Source of the DNA: TPA_inf: Saccharomyces
Lineage: Eukaryota
DNA: 64,000 nt
Reading direction: 5' to 3'
NCBI GenBank assembly: GCA_000146045.2
Contig: BK006944.2
Span: 320,001-384,000, forward strand
Notes under the pieces: generated by a model
Told to the model about the DNA's origin: nothing
Databases searched by the model: none
Seen by the model: the letters and a program-made list of their open reading frames with translations, nothing else
Translations under genes and position numbers: made by a program
Shown: piece by piece, positions 10,535 through 22,851 of the stretch
Position numbering within the stretch: the stretch's first letter is position 1
Layout of the letters: each line of letters opens with the position of its first letter

Positions 10535-10855
10535 TATCTATGCTATATGCCCGGATGCTTTGTTGACCAATAGTTACATTGAAATTTCTCTATTATCTCC
10601 TCTCTTCTACCGCTTTTAATACAAGCTCTAGGAACAGTGTCATGAAATAATGTTTTGTATTCTTTTATATTAGGGAACTTGTGATTCTTCTGTTTTTGTT
10701 TTTTATTTTTCCTGTCTGTACATTCATGTAATAATAATTTAGATTTAAAGTTCAATCTTTTTACTTAAAAAACAAACGAAGATCATGGTGCTAATATTCG
10801 GATTTGAGTTGATCAATTTTTTAAATGAAGTATTAATTTACAGTTTATATATTCA

Positions 10856-13800
10856 CTATAGACCTCGTAACTCATCTCTTAAATCAGTTAAAGTAACCAC
10901 TTTACTTCCGTTTAGAATCCATTGATCGTATGCACTATCAAAGCTAGATAAAACGTTGATGACCATTAGGTAACATTTTCTCTTTCGAATAACATCAAGA
11001 TCAGCTTGCATTAATATGTACTGGTACAGTACTTCTGCAGCAGCCCTCTCGCTTTTGTTCAACATTCTAAAACAATAAAGTTTCTTAAAACACTCCCAAT
11101 CACCACTCCGTAGATTTTGTGACAGAATACTATCCACTATTTTAATATCTACTGTACGAAGATATAGCTCGCCATTGTCTGAATGTGCGTTACACAAGCG
11201 CAGAAGTGTGCTGAAAAAATCTCGTGAATATATGTCTTCCTGTAATAATAATTGGAGAAAATTTGTTCTTACTGTGTCGGAAAGACACTCGTGACCCAAT
11301 CTCAAAACATCCAAGACTTCTTCAAACATTCTGAAGTGGATTAAAAGATTTAAATAATGAATATGCTGTTTTTCTTTGAAGTCTTGCAGTTCTTCAATCT
11401 GAATTTCTTTTAATGAATATTCTGCTGACTTAGATATACATTTCAAAGCAAATTCTTGGCTGTTATTTCTATCAAATAAGAGAGATAATTGATAATAGAA
11501 TGCAGAATGCCTATATGGAACTGTAAAGGTGCACAAAAGATCTTTCCATATACTATCACCGTGATAGTTTTCACTCTTAAGGTCTTCTAAGAATGTCGGC
11601 AATTTATCATTGATAGCCTCCGGATAATCGTGTAGTTGAAAAATTTCATAGGATTGATCGAAATTACCACAACTAAATAACGTCATGGCAAACATAAATT
11701 CTTGCACCTCGTTGTGGCGTAAGTAGAAGGGGCATTCAACGTTCTCGAGAAAGAACCTTATATTCTTATGAGATGTGTTTTCAATGATATATGAGCGGAA
11801 AAACGTCATAAAGAAAGAATTTTCAGTGATGGAAGCATTGTAAACATTAGAGTTTAAGGAATCGATATAGGCAATGAGTTGGCCGTAGTTAAAAAATTTG
11901 ACACCGAAAGAGAATTCAGAAGAATCCTTGAGAAGAACTTCCGCCAACAGACACTTATCTTGTCTATAAAGGTTTAACAATAAAAATTGCTTATAATGCA
12001 AATCCAATAATGTAGATATATGCTGTCCGAAAATTTCGGTATCAAGATCGAACAGAACGAATGTTAACAATACTTGTAAAGTAATACGATAATGTATGGA
12101 AAGTAACTGGTGAAGAGATTCTAGGGAAATTATACTTGTGAAACCATCGAATTTGATTGCAGAGATGAAATCCTTTTTCCAAAATATACCAGGCTTCATT
12201 TGGTTATTGATTAAATCATTTAAAACAACGGGTATATCAAAAGAGTTTAATTCGTCGAAAAGAATCTTTAGATTTGTGATTTCAAATTGATTTTCTAGGC
12301 AATTTTTGAAAATGTCCGTAAATTTTTCTACGGTAGTCATAGAATCAGGCAGCTCTCCTGTTATTATATCAAGAAACTTCTTAGAAATGGATCTAAGAAC
12401 ATCATTTGACAAAGTAGAAGCAAAACCATTCAATGTCCTTAAATACTTGAACAATTCAGAACCATCAGTTTCAGAGTGCATATTATAAAACCAATTCTCC
12501 ACAGTAGTATTCAGCTTGTAAAGGGAATGATTATACGGTTGGAAACAATTGACGAGAATAATTTCATCGCCATAAAGTGTTATAGAAGAAGCCTCGTTGA
12601 ATGCGGTTTTTACGTCTCTCAATATTGTTTCTAAATTAGCCAAATATTCTTCATCTTCGTTATGAGCCATAATAATCTTATTTTCACTCAATATTTGCTG
12701 TGCACGTTCAAAAATTTGGGTACCATATCTTGATTTCAAATTACAGAAACCCCTCTCAACATCTCCAGTCTTTGTAACGATATCCAAATCATGTTCGGAT
12801 TGCAAATCTACTAAGGATTTGTTAACTGATTCTATCCATTCATAGTTTTTGAAACTTTCATCATTTACGTTTAGTATCTGTAACTTGCTAGCAGTGCCAC
12901 TTTTCCATAAAACGATCAAATTTAAATAACTAGCCTCGACATTCAACTCCAATGGTCTCGTTAGAACTAAATCTACAATTGACCAAATAGCAGAAGCTGA
13001 AAGATTAGTGGGGATGTTATTTTGAAAAGTATAAGTCAAAATACCGCTTGAATCAACCAACAAGGTGCCCATTTGAAAAAGCCCATTTTCCAAAGGCAAC
13101 AATGTAACTAGAGTATTGTTATACAAGGAAAGGTATTCCCCTACAGCTTCCACTTTTCTAAAATGGCTTGGGTCTGAATCTGACTGTGAAACCATATCAT
13201 AATCTTGTATTAAAGTAAATGAAGTTAAATCCCAAATTTTCAAGTGGCAATTCTGAGTCAACACAATTAAGTATCTTTCATGGAATAATTTACAACTAAT
13301 CACACTATCGTAATCCGATTTAGAACTCCTAGAAAAAAATCGCGTTAGGCTTTTCAAGTATGAATTATCATTGAATAGTAAAGGCTCGTAATGTACGCCG
13401 TCAACTTTTTTTAAACCCAACAAACCGCCATCTTCCAAAAAAACAACTGAGAACTGGGGTGATACATAGAAAAGGAAATGAGGAACTCTAACTGTAAAGT
13501 CGTAGGGATTTTGGAGATGAAACCACTCTCCATTGAGAGTGTTGGCCGATGAAAATAGGAAACTTAGGGGTAGTTGTAACGTTAAAAACGAACCATCTTT
13601 TAAGATAACATTAACCAGTAATTGCTGTTCCACTTCTTGTATCGTTAAAGTGTATCTCTGATTCATAGAAGCATTTGGTAAGTGTATATTAATTGTCTTC
13701 CCATGGTATGCGTCACTCAAAGGATAAAATGTCAACAATGTTGATCTTGAGGAAAAATGGTAACAGATATACTCAGAGTTACTCAATAACAAACAATTGG

Positions 13801-13969
13801 AATATTCACTTCCGTAAGGCTGAGGAACTGGTGTAGAGATGGACTTATCTCCTTCTTTCAGCCCGTTATTATTACTGTTATTACTGACGTATAAATCAAC
13901 CGTATTATTGGGTTCAGGTTTTTCATAATATTGGAGCAAATTTGCATCAATTCTTGAGAGGCATGCCAT
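10856..13969 (-). CDS. NUP120: Nuclear pore complex outer-ring (Nup84 subcomplex) subunit
   Basis: The ORF is 1037 aa. Its size, position and strand match YKL057C, and it has a beta-propeller/alpha-solenoid-like composition. Confidence 0.85.
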   Translation of the reverse strand: MACLSRIDANLLQYYEKPEPNNTVDLYVSNNSNNNGLKEGDKSISTPVPQPYGSEYSNCLLLSNSEYICYHFSSRSTLLTFYPLSDAYHGKTINIHLPNASMNQRYTLTIQEVEQQLLVNVILKDGSFLTLQLPLSFLFSSANTLNGEWFHLQNPYDFTVRVPHFLFYVSPQFSVVFLEDGGLLGLKKVDGVHYEPLLFNDNSYLKSLTRFFSRSSKSDYDSVISCKLFHERYLIVLTQNCHLKIWDLTSFTLIQDYDMVSQSDSDPSHFRKVEAVGEYLSLYNNTLVTLLPLENGLFQMGTLLVDSSGILTYTFQNNIPTNLSASAIWSIVDLVLTRPLELNVEASYLNLIVLWKSGTASKLQILNVNDESFKNYEWIESVNKSLVDLQSEHDLDIVTKTGDVERGFCNLKSRYGTQIFERAQQILSENKIIMAHNEDEEYLANLETILRDVKTAFNEASSITLYGDEIILVNCFQPYNHSLYKLNTTVENWFYNMHSETDGSELFKYLRTLNGFASTLSNDVLRSISKKFLDIITGELPDSMTTVEKFTDIFKNCLENQFEITNLKILFDELNSFDIPVVLNDLINNQMKPGIFWKKDFISAIKFDGFTSIISLESLHQLLSIHYRITLQVLLTFVLFDLDTEIFGQHISTLLDLHYKQFLLLNLYRQDKCLLAEVLLKDSSEFSFGVKFFNYGQLIAYIDSLNSNVYNASITENSFFMTFFRSYIIENTSHKNIRFFLENVECPFYLRHNEVQEFMFAMTLFSCGNFDQSYEIFQLHDYPEAINDKLPTFLEDLKSENYHGDSIWKDLLCTFTVPYRHSAFYYQLSLLFDRNNSQEFALKCISKSAEYSLKEIQIEELQDFKEKQHIHYLNLLIHFRMFEEVLDVLRLGHECLSDTVRTNFLQLLLQEDIYSRDFFSTLLRLCNAHSDNGELYLRTVDIKIVDSILSQNLRSGDWECFKKLYCFRMLNKSERAAAEVLYQYILMQADLDVIRKRKCYLMVINVLSSFDSAYDQWILNGSKVVTLTDLRDELRGL

Positions 13970-14411
13970 AATAGGTCAGTTGTGTACGAGTGAAATTGCG
14001 ACCTCTTGAAAAATGCTTATGAACGTTGGATTTCGTCAATTTCTACTTGTTTCTCAGCTTCTCATGCTATTTCAATTCAATTTTTTTTTCACGTAATTGG
14101 AGAAAAAGACAGGAAAACAAAAAACATGAAAGTTCTGTAGGGTAATGGAAAAGAAAATATTGATGAACTATACATATCTACGGCAATTGATAAACGTGTC
14201 TTAATAAAATCATAGAATAATTAAAAACGTCCTAATGCGTGTTAAGAAGTAATTAGGAAGTTTAGATACCTATAGAATCAAAGAATAGAAGCTAAAAAGT
14301 TGATGCAGAGAAAAAAGAGAGAGAGGTTACATATACATTAAAAATGAGAAAGGGGAGTCCTACTCTCAAATTCAAATACAAAATACGAAAATTTTTCTAA
14401 TTTCGCTAGAC

Positions 14412-14915
14412 TTAGATCTTTTCTTCCACAATACCGTGCTTCCAGATGGCAACAAATGGAGTGGTACCATCTTCACGGTAGTTCAACATGACAACCATGG
14501 CATCTGGGTCCATGGATTCACCAGTGAAGAACTCCCAGTCCTTGAAAGAACCAATAACCTTCTTGACGTAAGTTTGAGCACCCTTTTCGAATTTAGGAAC
14601 TTCTTCTGGGTTAGTTTCTTGCAACTTAGCTTTAACAGCCTTCATGTAACCCTTAATGTAGGTCAAGAAGGACTTCTTGTCAAAAGCGGTTTGTTGTAGA
14701 CGGAAAGAGTGGACAACGTTGTTGACCATTTCAGCACCTTCTTCAACATCATCGTCACCACCTTCAGCAGATGGGTTAGCACCGATATCGATGTTGTCAC
14801 CTCCGACATTGACCATAGCACAGTCGGCTTCGTAGATAACGTCATCAACTAACTTAGCGTCGTAAGCATCAGACAACAATTCGTCGTTAGAGAAGATATC
14901 CTTGTAAATAATCAT
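14412..14915 (-). CDS. TMA19: Translationally controlled tumour protein (TCTP) homologue
   Basis: The 167-aa protein begins MIIYKDIFSNDELLSDAYD with a TCTP signature. Codon usage is strongly biased. Confidence 0.92.
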   Translation of the reverse strand: MIIYKDIFSNDELLSDAYDAKLVDDVIYEADCAMVNVGGDNIDIGANPSAEGGDDDVEEGAEMVNNVVHSFRLQQTAFDKKSFLTYIKGYMKAVKAKLQETNPEEVPKFEKGAQTYVKKVIGSFKDWEFFTGESMDPDAMVVMLNYREDGTTPFVAIWKHGIVEEKI

Positions 14916-15320
14916 ATTTGTCTATAGTATGTTCTGTGTTAATCTGCTAACCGCAACTGAGACCCCAGAAAGAAAATTGTTAAAAAGCTAAAATGAAAGT
15001 AGTAAACCATTGAATGAAAACATTAACCAAAATAAAATTTTTTTTTAAGTCCCAATTGAAATACTTCTCCTTATAAATATCATGAAAGGAAGAAAAAAAA
15101 GTGAAAAAAAAAAAAAAAACCAATAAAAAAATAAAAAAATATCAATTCTACGAGAAATGCGTGCGAAATCGATGAGTTTTGTTTTGCCTCTGAAAAATTC
15201 TGGAAAATTTTTCTTAGCGGAAAAAAGAAAAAAAAGAAACGTGATGTGAAAATGTGTTCACTGAGCTCATCGATATACACATTGAACAGACACAAATCTA
15301 TTATTTGTTTCGATTTTCTT

Positions 15321-16181
<861 letters not shown>

Positions 16182-16536
16182 CTATACCAATGTACTCATG
16201 TGTATTCCATAGTTCTCATCAGTTGCAAACAGTAACGGCGGAAATTTTGACGCTGTGATATATAAAACAGAAAAAGTGGCATTTCCAAAACCCCGCAAAA
16301 TAAAGACACAGCTAGCTAGATAGATAACACAACATATATATACCTTTTATTATTTACGTACGTATATATATATATGCAAAATTTAAATGATATATGACAT
16401 CATCAAAAGGATATGGAATCCTTGCCCAAACATTGAAGAAAGTAAAACATAATAGTGGTAATAAAATGTGTATTTAAATTCATTGTATTTTATTCCCCAT
16501 TTCGTTTTTTATGTGGGAGGTTCTACTTCTCCCTTA

Positions 16537-18753
16537 TTAGTAGAAACCTCTTGAATTTTTAGAATTGTAATCATAACCGTTGTAGCCATATGGTACACCT
16601 TGTTGGGCAGCAGCAGCGGCAGCGGCAGCAGCTTGTTGCTGTTGTTGTTGGAATTGATAGTATTGTTGGAACTGCATTTGTTGTTGTGGGTTAACAGGTT
16701 GGCCATTTTGCATTTGAACTTCAGGTTGGGGTTGACCTTGAGGTTGCTGTTGCTGTTGCTGTTGTGATTGCTTCTGTTGAGAGTCTTCAGAATGCTGGGC
16801 AACACCTTGATTTGGACTTTGCTGTTCCTGACCGTTTTGAGTTTGGTAATAGTTGTAATTGTTCTTTGGTAACTGGTATGGATATTGACCAGCTACACCG
16901 TATTGAGGTTGACCATATGGGAATGACTGTTGGTAAAAGTGGGCGTAGTATGGCATGAATGAGCCACCGTATGGCTGTTGTTGTTGAGGTTGGGCGTGAG
17001 CTGTAGCTGGAGAAGCGGCAGCAGCAGCGGCAGCACTAGTCAAATTAGCAGCAGCAGTGTTCGCGCCTGCTTGACCATAACCTTGTTGGAAATTATATTG
17101 GTTAGCATTACCACTAGTTTGAGCGTTGTTTTGAGCAAGTTGCTGATATTGTTGACCGTAAGCGTATCCTTGTGAATCAAACATACCTGGATAAGAATAT
17201 CCAGGAAATTGGTTTTGATACATGTAGTACTGTTGGGCAGCCACGTTGTTCCCTTGTTTTTGACTTTGTGGACTTTGCTGTGATTGAGGTTGTTGTGATT
17301 GAGGTTGTGGATGCTGTTGCTGTTGCTGAGCATATTGTTGTTGTTGGGACAAATACTGTTGCTGTAACTGATGCTGTTGTTGAGCGTATTGTTGCTGCTG
17401 TTGTTGAGTATAGTAGTTTTGAGATAATTGTTCTTCTTGGGCTTGAGCTTGAGCTTGTACTGGTTGTTGTTGCTGTTGCTGTTGCTGTTGTAGTTGTTGT
17501 TGTGGTTGTTGTGGTTGCTGTGGTTGTTGTTGTTGCTGTGGTTGCTGTGGTTGCTGTGGTTGCTGTGGTTGCTGTGGTTGCTGTGGTTGTTGGGATTGTT
17601 GTTGTGGTTGAGGTACAGTATTAGCTTGATCTTCTGGAGGCTCTGAAATAACAGCACTAATTTCAACCTTTTCTTCAACAACTGTAACTTCTTCTTCTGG
17701 AGCAGCAACATTATCTTGTTCTTGTTCCAGCTCTTCCGCTGTCTGTTCCTCTTCTTTTACTTGTTCCTTTTTTTCAGCTTCTTCTTGGACTTCTTCTCCG
17801 TCCACTTCAGGGACTCTGTCTTCATTTTCTTCAGAAGGTTCAGCAGTCTCCTCCTCTTGTTCTTGTGCAGATGTTTCTTGTTCATTAACTTTTTCTTCAC
17901 TAGCTTCAGACTTTTGGTCATCCTTCTTAATATCGCTTATTTCTTTCTTCAATTCAGCAACGTTTTCAAGAGGAGACTCGGTCTTTTTAACAGCCTTTGG
18001 CTTTGGTGTAGCAATTGCAGCCCACGACATTTTCTTTGGTTGTGAAGCAGATGTCCTAGAAGTTGTTTTCTTTGAAGATAAAGAAGGTTGCTCTATTTGT
18101 TTGTGTTCTTCTTTGTTATTATGCCCTTCCTGCTGTTGTTGCTCTTCTTGCTCTTTTTCTTGATTTTTCTCCTGCGCTTGTTGCCCTTGTGCTTCTAATT
18201 CTTCATTATTGTTATCATTTGAATCTTGAGGAACGTCATGTTTAGTATCTACAGAAACAGCTGCTGCCCACGATGTAGTGTTTGAAACAGGCTTGGATGG
18301 TACGTGCTTCCCCTTGTCGAGATTAACATGTTTCCCGGTTGTATGAGCTCGTGGTGTTTGTACCTTCTTCTTATTTCTGGCTTGAGTATAATTGTTACTA
18401 CTGTTATGCTTTGTAGAAGTAAAAGAATTGCTATTATTAGAACTCTTATATGTAATATCATCTTCTGGATTTGGCAAATGTTGTTGAGGGACATATGAGT
18501 GTTGTTGCTCCTTTTTTTCATATTTTTCCTTCTTAGCAGGTTTCTTTACTTCATCCCATCTTGTCACTGCGCCGGAAGTAATTTTATCAATTATAGTTTC
18601 CAAATCATCATATTCTTGAACTATATCAATTAAATCATCACTCGTCCAGTCAGGGAACAATTCTGTAAGCGTATCTATTTTGGACTTTAGCGCAGGATTT
18701 AGTTTTTTACTACTATGACTATTATGATTAGACTTCCTAAATTGTGTAGACAT
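16537..18753 (-). CDS. DEF1: RNAPII degradation factor with an N-terminal CUE domain and a long Q/P/N-rich prion-like C-terminal region
   Basis: The ORF is 738 aa, with an acidic middle section and extreme Q-richness including a (QPQ)n tract. The size and position match YKL054C. Confidence 0.9.
17504..17592 (-). repeat. DEF1: 9-bp tandem repeat (about 9 copies of GCAACCACA, reading Gln-Pro-Gln on the coding strand) encoding the (QPQ)n tract of DEF1
   Basis: The + strand shows tgtggttgc/t reiterated. The protein shows [35 protein letters not shown]. Confidence 0.8.
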
Positions 18754-19181
18754 TATATATATATGATGATGTAGATTATATTGAGAAAACGACCAAACAA
18801 AAATAAATATGTAAGTACTTTATGATGGTGATTTTTTTGGGGTAATTGGTAAGAGTTTTTCTTGTAGCTTCAAAAGATCAAATATAAAATACGAATGTTT
18901 CTGAAATTACTGTAAAAGACTTAGGAAAAGGAATGAAACGTTTATATGGGAGAGAACGAAAATTTTTCCTTTTCCCGCCACTACTTTTTGCCACCATTTC
19001 CCGTTATTTATTTGGGCGAGTGCTCACCTCCGACGGAATCACGGGTGACGGATATCCTAAAAAGGTAAAGAATTGAAACAGATCTATTAATATACGGATC
19101 ACTATACATTATTATAAGTCGATATTGCAGTATTAGTATTTACATGTTGAATAATGCACATTCTGTGCTAAAATATATACT

Positions 19182-19454
<273 letters not shown>

Positions 19455-19667
19455 TTATTGTTATTGTAATTCAAGTTAAAACACAAACAGATGTTTTCTA
19501 ATGACCTCTCCCGGCATATATCTGGCGCACTTAGAATAAATTTCTACATGCAAATACTCTGAATATTCTGAATGTGGCTCTCCCTATATCGAAGAAAAAA
19601 TATAGCGGGCCCATTACCCTGCGTTCTGATATTCATCACTAGTAAAAATTGTATGTACTTATTTATT

Positions 19668-20546
19668 CTATCTATTCGTAGAAAAATGAATGATGGTCCC
19701 AGGCTTTGGTACTTCTTTCGTACTCTCTTCTTCATCGGGCCCTTCGTTGTTATCATCCGCTTGTCCCTTCGGGTGGTGGTGCCCCTGCTTCAGAGGCGAG
19801 CTCTCTATATTATTGCTGTTCTCATCGTCGTTATCGCCGTCGTTATTAATATGTTCTTCATGAGCCAGTTGCTTCCGCATTTTATTGGGCACAATCGGAG
19901 ACGGTACCATGCTGGAACTAGACCCGTACTGCTGCTGCAAAAGTAGCGAAATCTTTCTTTTGCGGCTTTGTCTCTGTATTGTACTTTCATCTTGCTCATC
20001 ATCAGCTCCACCATGACCCTCGCCTGTAAGGTCTGTTTGCTCCCTTGAAGGCACCGCCTCTGAACCAGTATCTTCGTCGCTAGAGTCCGGAAGTTTCAAT
20101 ATCTGTCCCGTGGATGTTATATTCGCTGTGTGGAAATCATCTATACTGTCGTTATTAAACATAGAATGGACATCCCGGTTGACATGTACAGCTGAATCTG
20201 CCTCGTTAGGCCCATTGTCTGTCTGGGACTGCCTACTCGCCTCTTCAGCGGATGTAGGAAATATACCAACATTATTGCTCACAAGGCTTTTGACTGGAGC
20301 GTTTCCCACTGGTGCAGCTGCATTTGCCTGCAAATTCACCAGCCCAGTCTCTTGAAACATAGTCCCCAGCCATTCGGTGCTATCCATGATCCGCTCACAT
20401 ATTTCTGAATATGTAGCCACGTGTGGGATGATGTCCTGGGTGATCTTATGAAAGCAGAAACTCAAGTTAGAGTCTATCTTCTGCAGGTTCACTGTAATTT
20501 CTTGATCAAGTTTTTCCAATGTTTCCTCTTTGCTTGCAGAATCCAT
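19668..20546 (-). CDS. ASK1: DASH/Dam1 outer-kinetochore complex subunit
   Basis: The 292-aa protein starts [25 protein letters not shown]. The ORF track extends 16 codons upstream to a TTG. The true ATG is the cat triplet at 20544-20546. Confidence 0.8.
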
Positions 20547-20666
20547 TTTTTGTGTCAACAATCCCTTATGTTGCTCTTTCCATACGTTGATCAACCTGGC
20601 TCTATTCCCACCCCAAACTGTAGATATCTATTTTGTTGATGCCTCAGCTCACCAAAACAAACCAAA

Positions 20667-20720
20667 AAAACGGAAAAAAAAAACGGAAAAGAACGGAAAC
20701 AAACGGAAAAGAACGGAAAA
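20667..20720. repeat. Purine-strand 10-mer tandem repeat (AACGGAAAAG, 4-5 copies) in the ASK1/SFK1 divergent intergenic region
   Basis: The sequence is aaacggaaaaaaaa aacggaaaag aacggaaaca aacggaaaag aacggaaaag. Confidence 0.7.
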
Positions 20721-21311
20721 GAAAACAGGAAAAACTCGCTGTTCTGTTACCCGCGCGGCACTACCGCATTTAATCGGAGTAGCTACTAATCAAGCAAGGG
20801 CCTCCGTTCCTCTATGACGCACCGGACATATCGCATTTCCACTATAATAGTGCAAGTAGGACGGGATAAGGCCCAAGATTATCAATGAAGACTAACACAA
20901 CGGTCTTGCCAGCCATATCCAACTCTAAACATCTTCCACGGCTGTTCAAAAACGAAGATCTCTTACCCCTCTGCGGCTTAAGGGCTCTGTTCAATTGAAG
21001 GATCCGCGGCAGTAAAGTAAATGGATGAAAAAAAAAAACTGGAAAAATAGCAACTTTTTTCAGCCTGGAAGATTTGTCATCTAAGCGAAGGAGAATGAAA
21101 CCGGAATTTTCACTCCTTCTTAGGGGCATTCAGTTTATAAATATAGTTATTCCCTGAAGTTGAGATTTACTGATTTAACATCTGGACAACTAAAAACCTA
21201 AATAATAAGACACAATTTTTTGCGGGATTTTTTTTCCTTTAGATACTTTTAACATTCATAGTAAAAAGTTCTGCTACATAGTAAAAACACATAGAAGGTA
21301 CAAGCAATAGC

Positions 21312-22373
21312 ATGATTCAATTTAAAAGTCCAGGTAACTGGCTGTTCATAGTACCCTGGATTGCCTTCATTCCATGGTATGGTATGCTGATAGCCATGCT
21401 TATTTGCTGGGCCAGTCAAGGCCATCCCATATATTGGTTCATGCACTCGGAGCAATTCCCTGTGTACATTTCAGATATAGGTGCCACTAATTTAAGGCCA
21501 CTGTTTATATCGTGCGCCGGCTGGCAGGGTCTAGGCTATGTAATCACTGTTGCCCTTGAGTTTTTTCAAAGATCCGGCTATCTGCCTTTCCAACTGAAAA
21601 AAAAAGACCCTTCTATCTCTGATTCCACATCTTATGCTGAGAAATTGCACAGCGGTAAATACTTAATGCCTCCATATTACACAAAGGATGAACGGAACCT
21701 GATTTTCGCAGCTTTTGTTCTCGGCAGCATTGGTGAACTAGCCCTTTTATTCAGTTCCATCTTCTCAACCGCCCTGTACCATCGCGTTCACATTGCTATG
21801 GTCTCTGTTTTCGTCGTCTTCATGTTCCTATCCACTTGCTGCTTGATTGCAGAGTATTTCCTCATGGGAAGGCACTATGCCTCAGTCCACCCCCTAGCCA
21901 GCCCTCATTTCAATCCTCAATCATCTGAAAAAAGCTTTAACCAAGATTATAACACTGTGGATGAGCTGCCTTGGTATAAATGGAAAGGCCATGTATGGAA
22001 TAAATTTACCATCAGTGCAACTCTAAAAGTTATATGGTTAACTCTCGCAGTTGTATGGGCCATTTGTTTTGGTGCTATCAATGATAGATCTAAGAGTGCT
22101 TGTTTCGAATGGTTGCTAGCATTTTGGTTTGGTATCATATTTATGATTCTTTCCGCCGACTTTTATTTAGGTGGAAGATACAGACAATCCCGCTATTTCA
22201 ACCACGTGGAATCATTTTCGGGTTATTACAAGTATGACAAGGCGCTAGGCCTCTACCACAGTGAAGACGTTTTGCCTTCGGACGATAACGCCGGCGTGAT
22301 TGCCACAGAAACAGCATCTTCAAATATTTACAATAATTCCTCTTCCAACGAATCTATTCAAGTAGTCGTATGA
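21312..22373 (+). CDS. SFK1: Plasma-membrane multi-pass protein of the Frag1/DRAM/Sfk1 family (PI4-kinase Stt4 regulator)
   Basis: The 353-aa ORF has about six predicted TM helices. The size and position match YKL051W. Confidence 0.8.
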   Translation: MIQFKSPGNWLFIVPWIAFIPWYGMLIAMLICWASQGHPIYWFMHSEQFPVYISDIGATNLRPLFISCAGWQGLGYVITVALEFFQRSGYLPFQLKKKDPSISDSTSYAEKLHSGKYLMPPYYTKDERNLIFAAFVLGSIGELALLFSSIFSTALYHRVHIAMVSVFVVFMFLSTCCLIAEYFLMGRHYASVHPLASPHFNPQSSEKSFNQDYNTVDELPWYKWKGHVWNKFTISATLKVIWLTLAVVWAICFGAINDRSKSACFEWLLAFWFGIIFMILSADFYLGGRYRQSRYFNHVESFSGYYKYDKALGLYHSEDVLPSDDNAGVIATETASSNIYNNSSSNESIQVVV

Positions 22374-22851
22374 CCTCATATATGCTAGACTTGACTAGGA
22401 AATACCCTCTAACCTGCAAGATATATTCATCTTTTTCTTTCCAAAGCACAATTTAATAAAACTTGCAAGAACATCGTCATCATTTCCCCCTTTTATTTTT
22501 GTTATCCCCGTTACTGATGTAACTAATACCTAATTCTATGCTTCTCAATCTGTATAGTAGTTTTCCTTTTGCCGAAGAATTTCTTCTGGCTGCTTTTTTT
22601 TTTGACATATTTCGCATTGTCCACAATGGTCATTGCGTTAAAAGCTAGAAATTAAAAAGAGAATATTGTTCAGCATATGTAGTTTAAGTTGGCAAATTTG
22701 TTCTGCTCTTGATGTACCTAGAATAAATAAATATTAATCAGAAAAATAAAAAAAAAATAAAAGTAATGAAAAAAAATATAACAAAACCAACATTAAGGTA
22801 TATATTACAGCGAGTAGCGGCACCGGTTATCATCAAACGATTGATAGAAAG

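Noticed and set aside
17040-17711. 223-aa N/H/S-rich ORF antisense to DEF1, and the 150-aa V/A-rich ORF at 17172..17624
   Set aside because: These are mirror-image translations of the CAG/CAA repeat region of DEF1. Repeat-driven open frames are not independent genes.
19572-19946. 124-aa + strand ORF (YKL053W-like) overlapping ASK1, and similar antisense ORFs: 49528..49920 (YKL036C-like, over the UGP1 start), 62072..62485 and 62486..63103 (YKL031W/YKL030W-like), 6609..6974 (antisense to FBA1), and 56301..56792 (antisense to TTI1)
   Set aside because: They lie wholly or largely antisense to well-supported conserved genes, have a hydrophobic low-complexity composition, and correspond to ORFs generally regarded as dubious.
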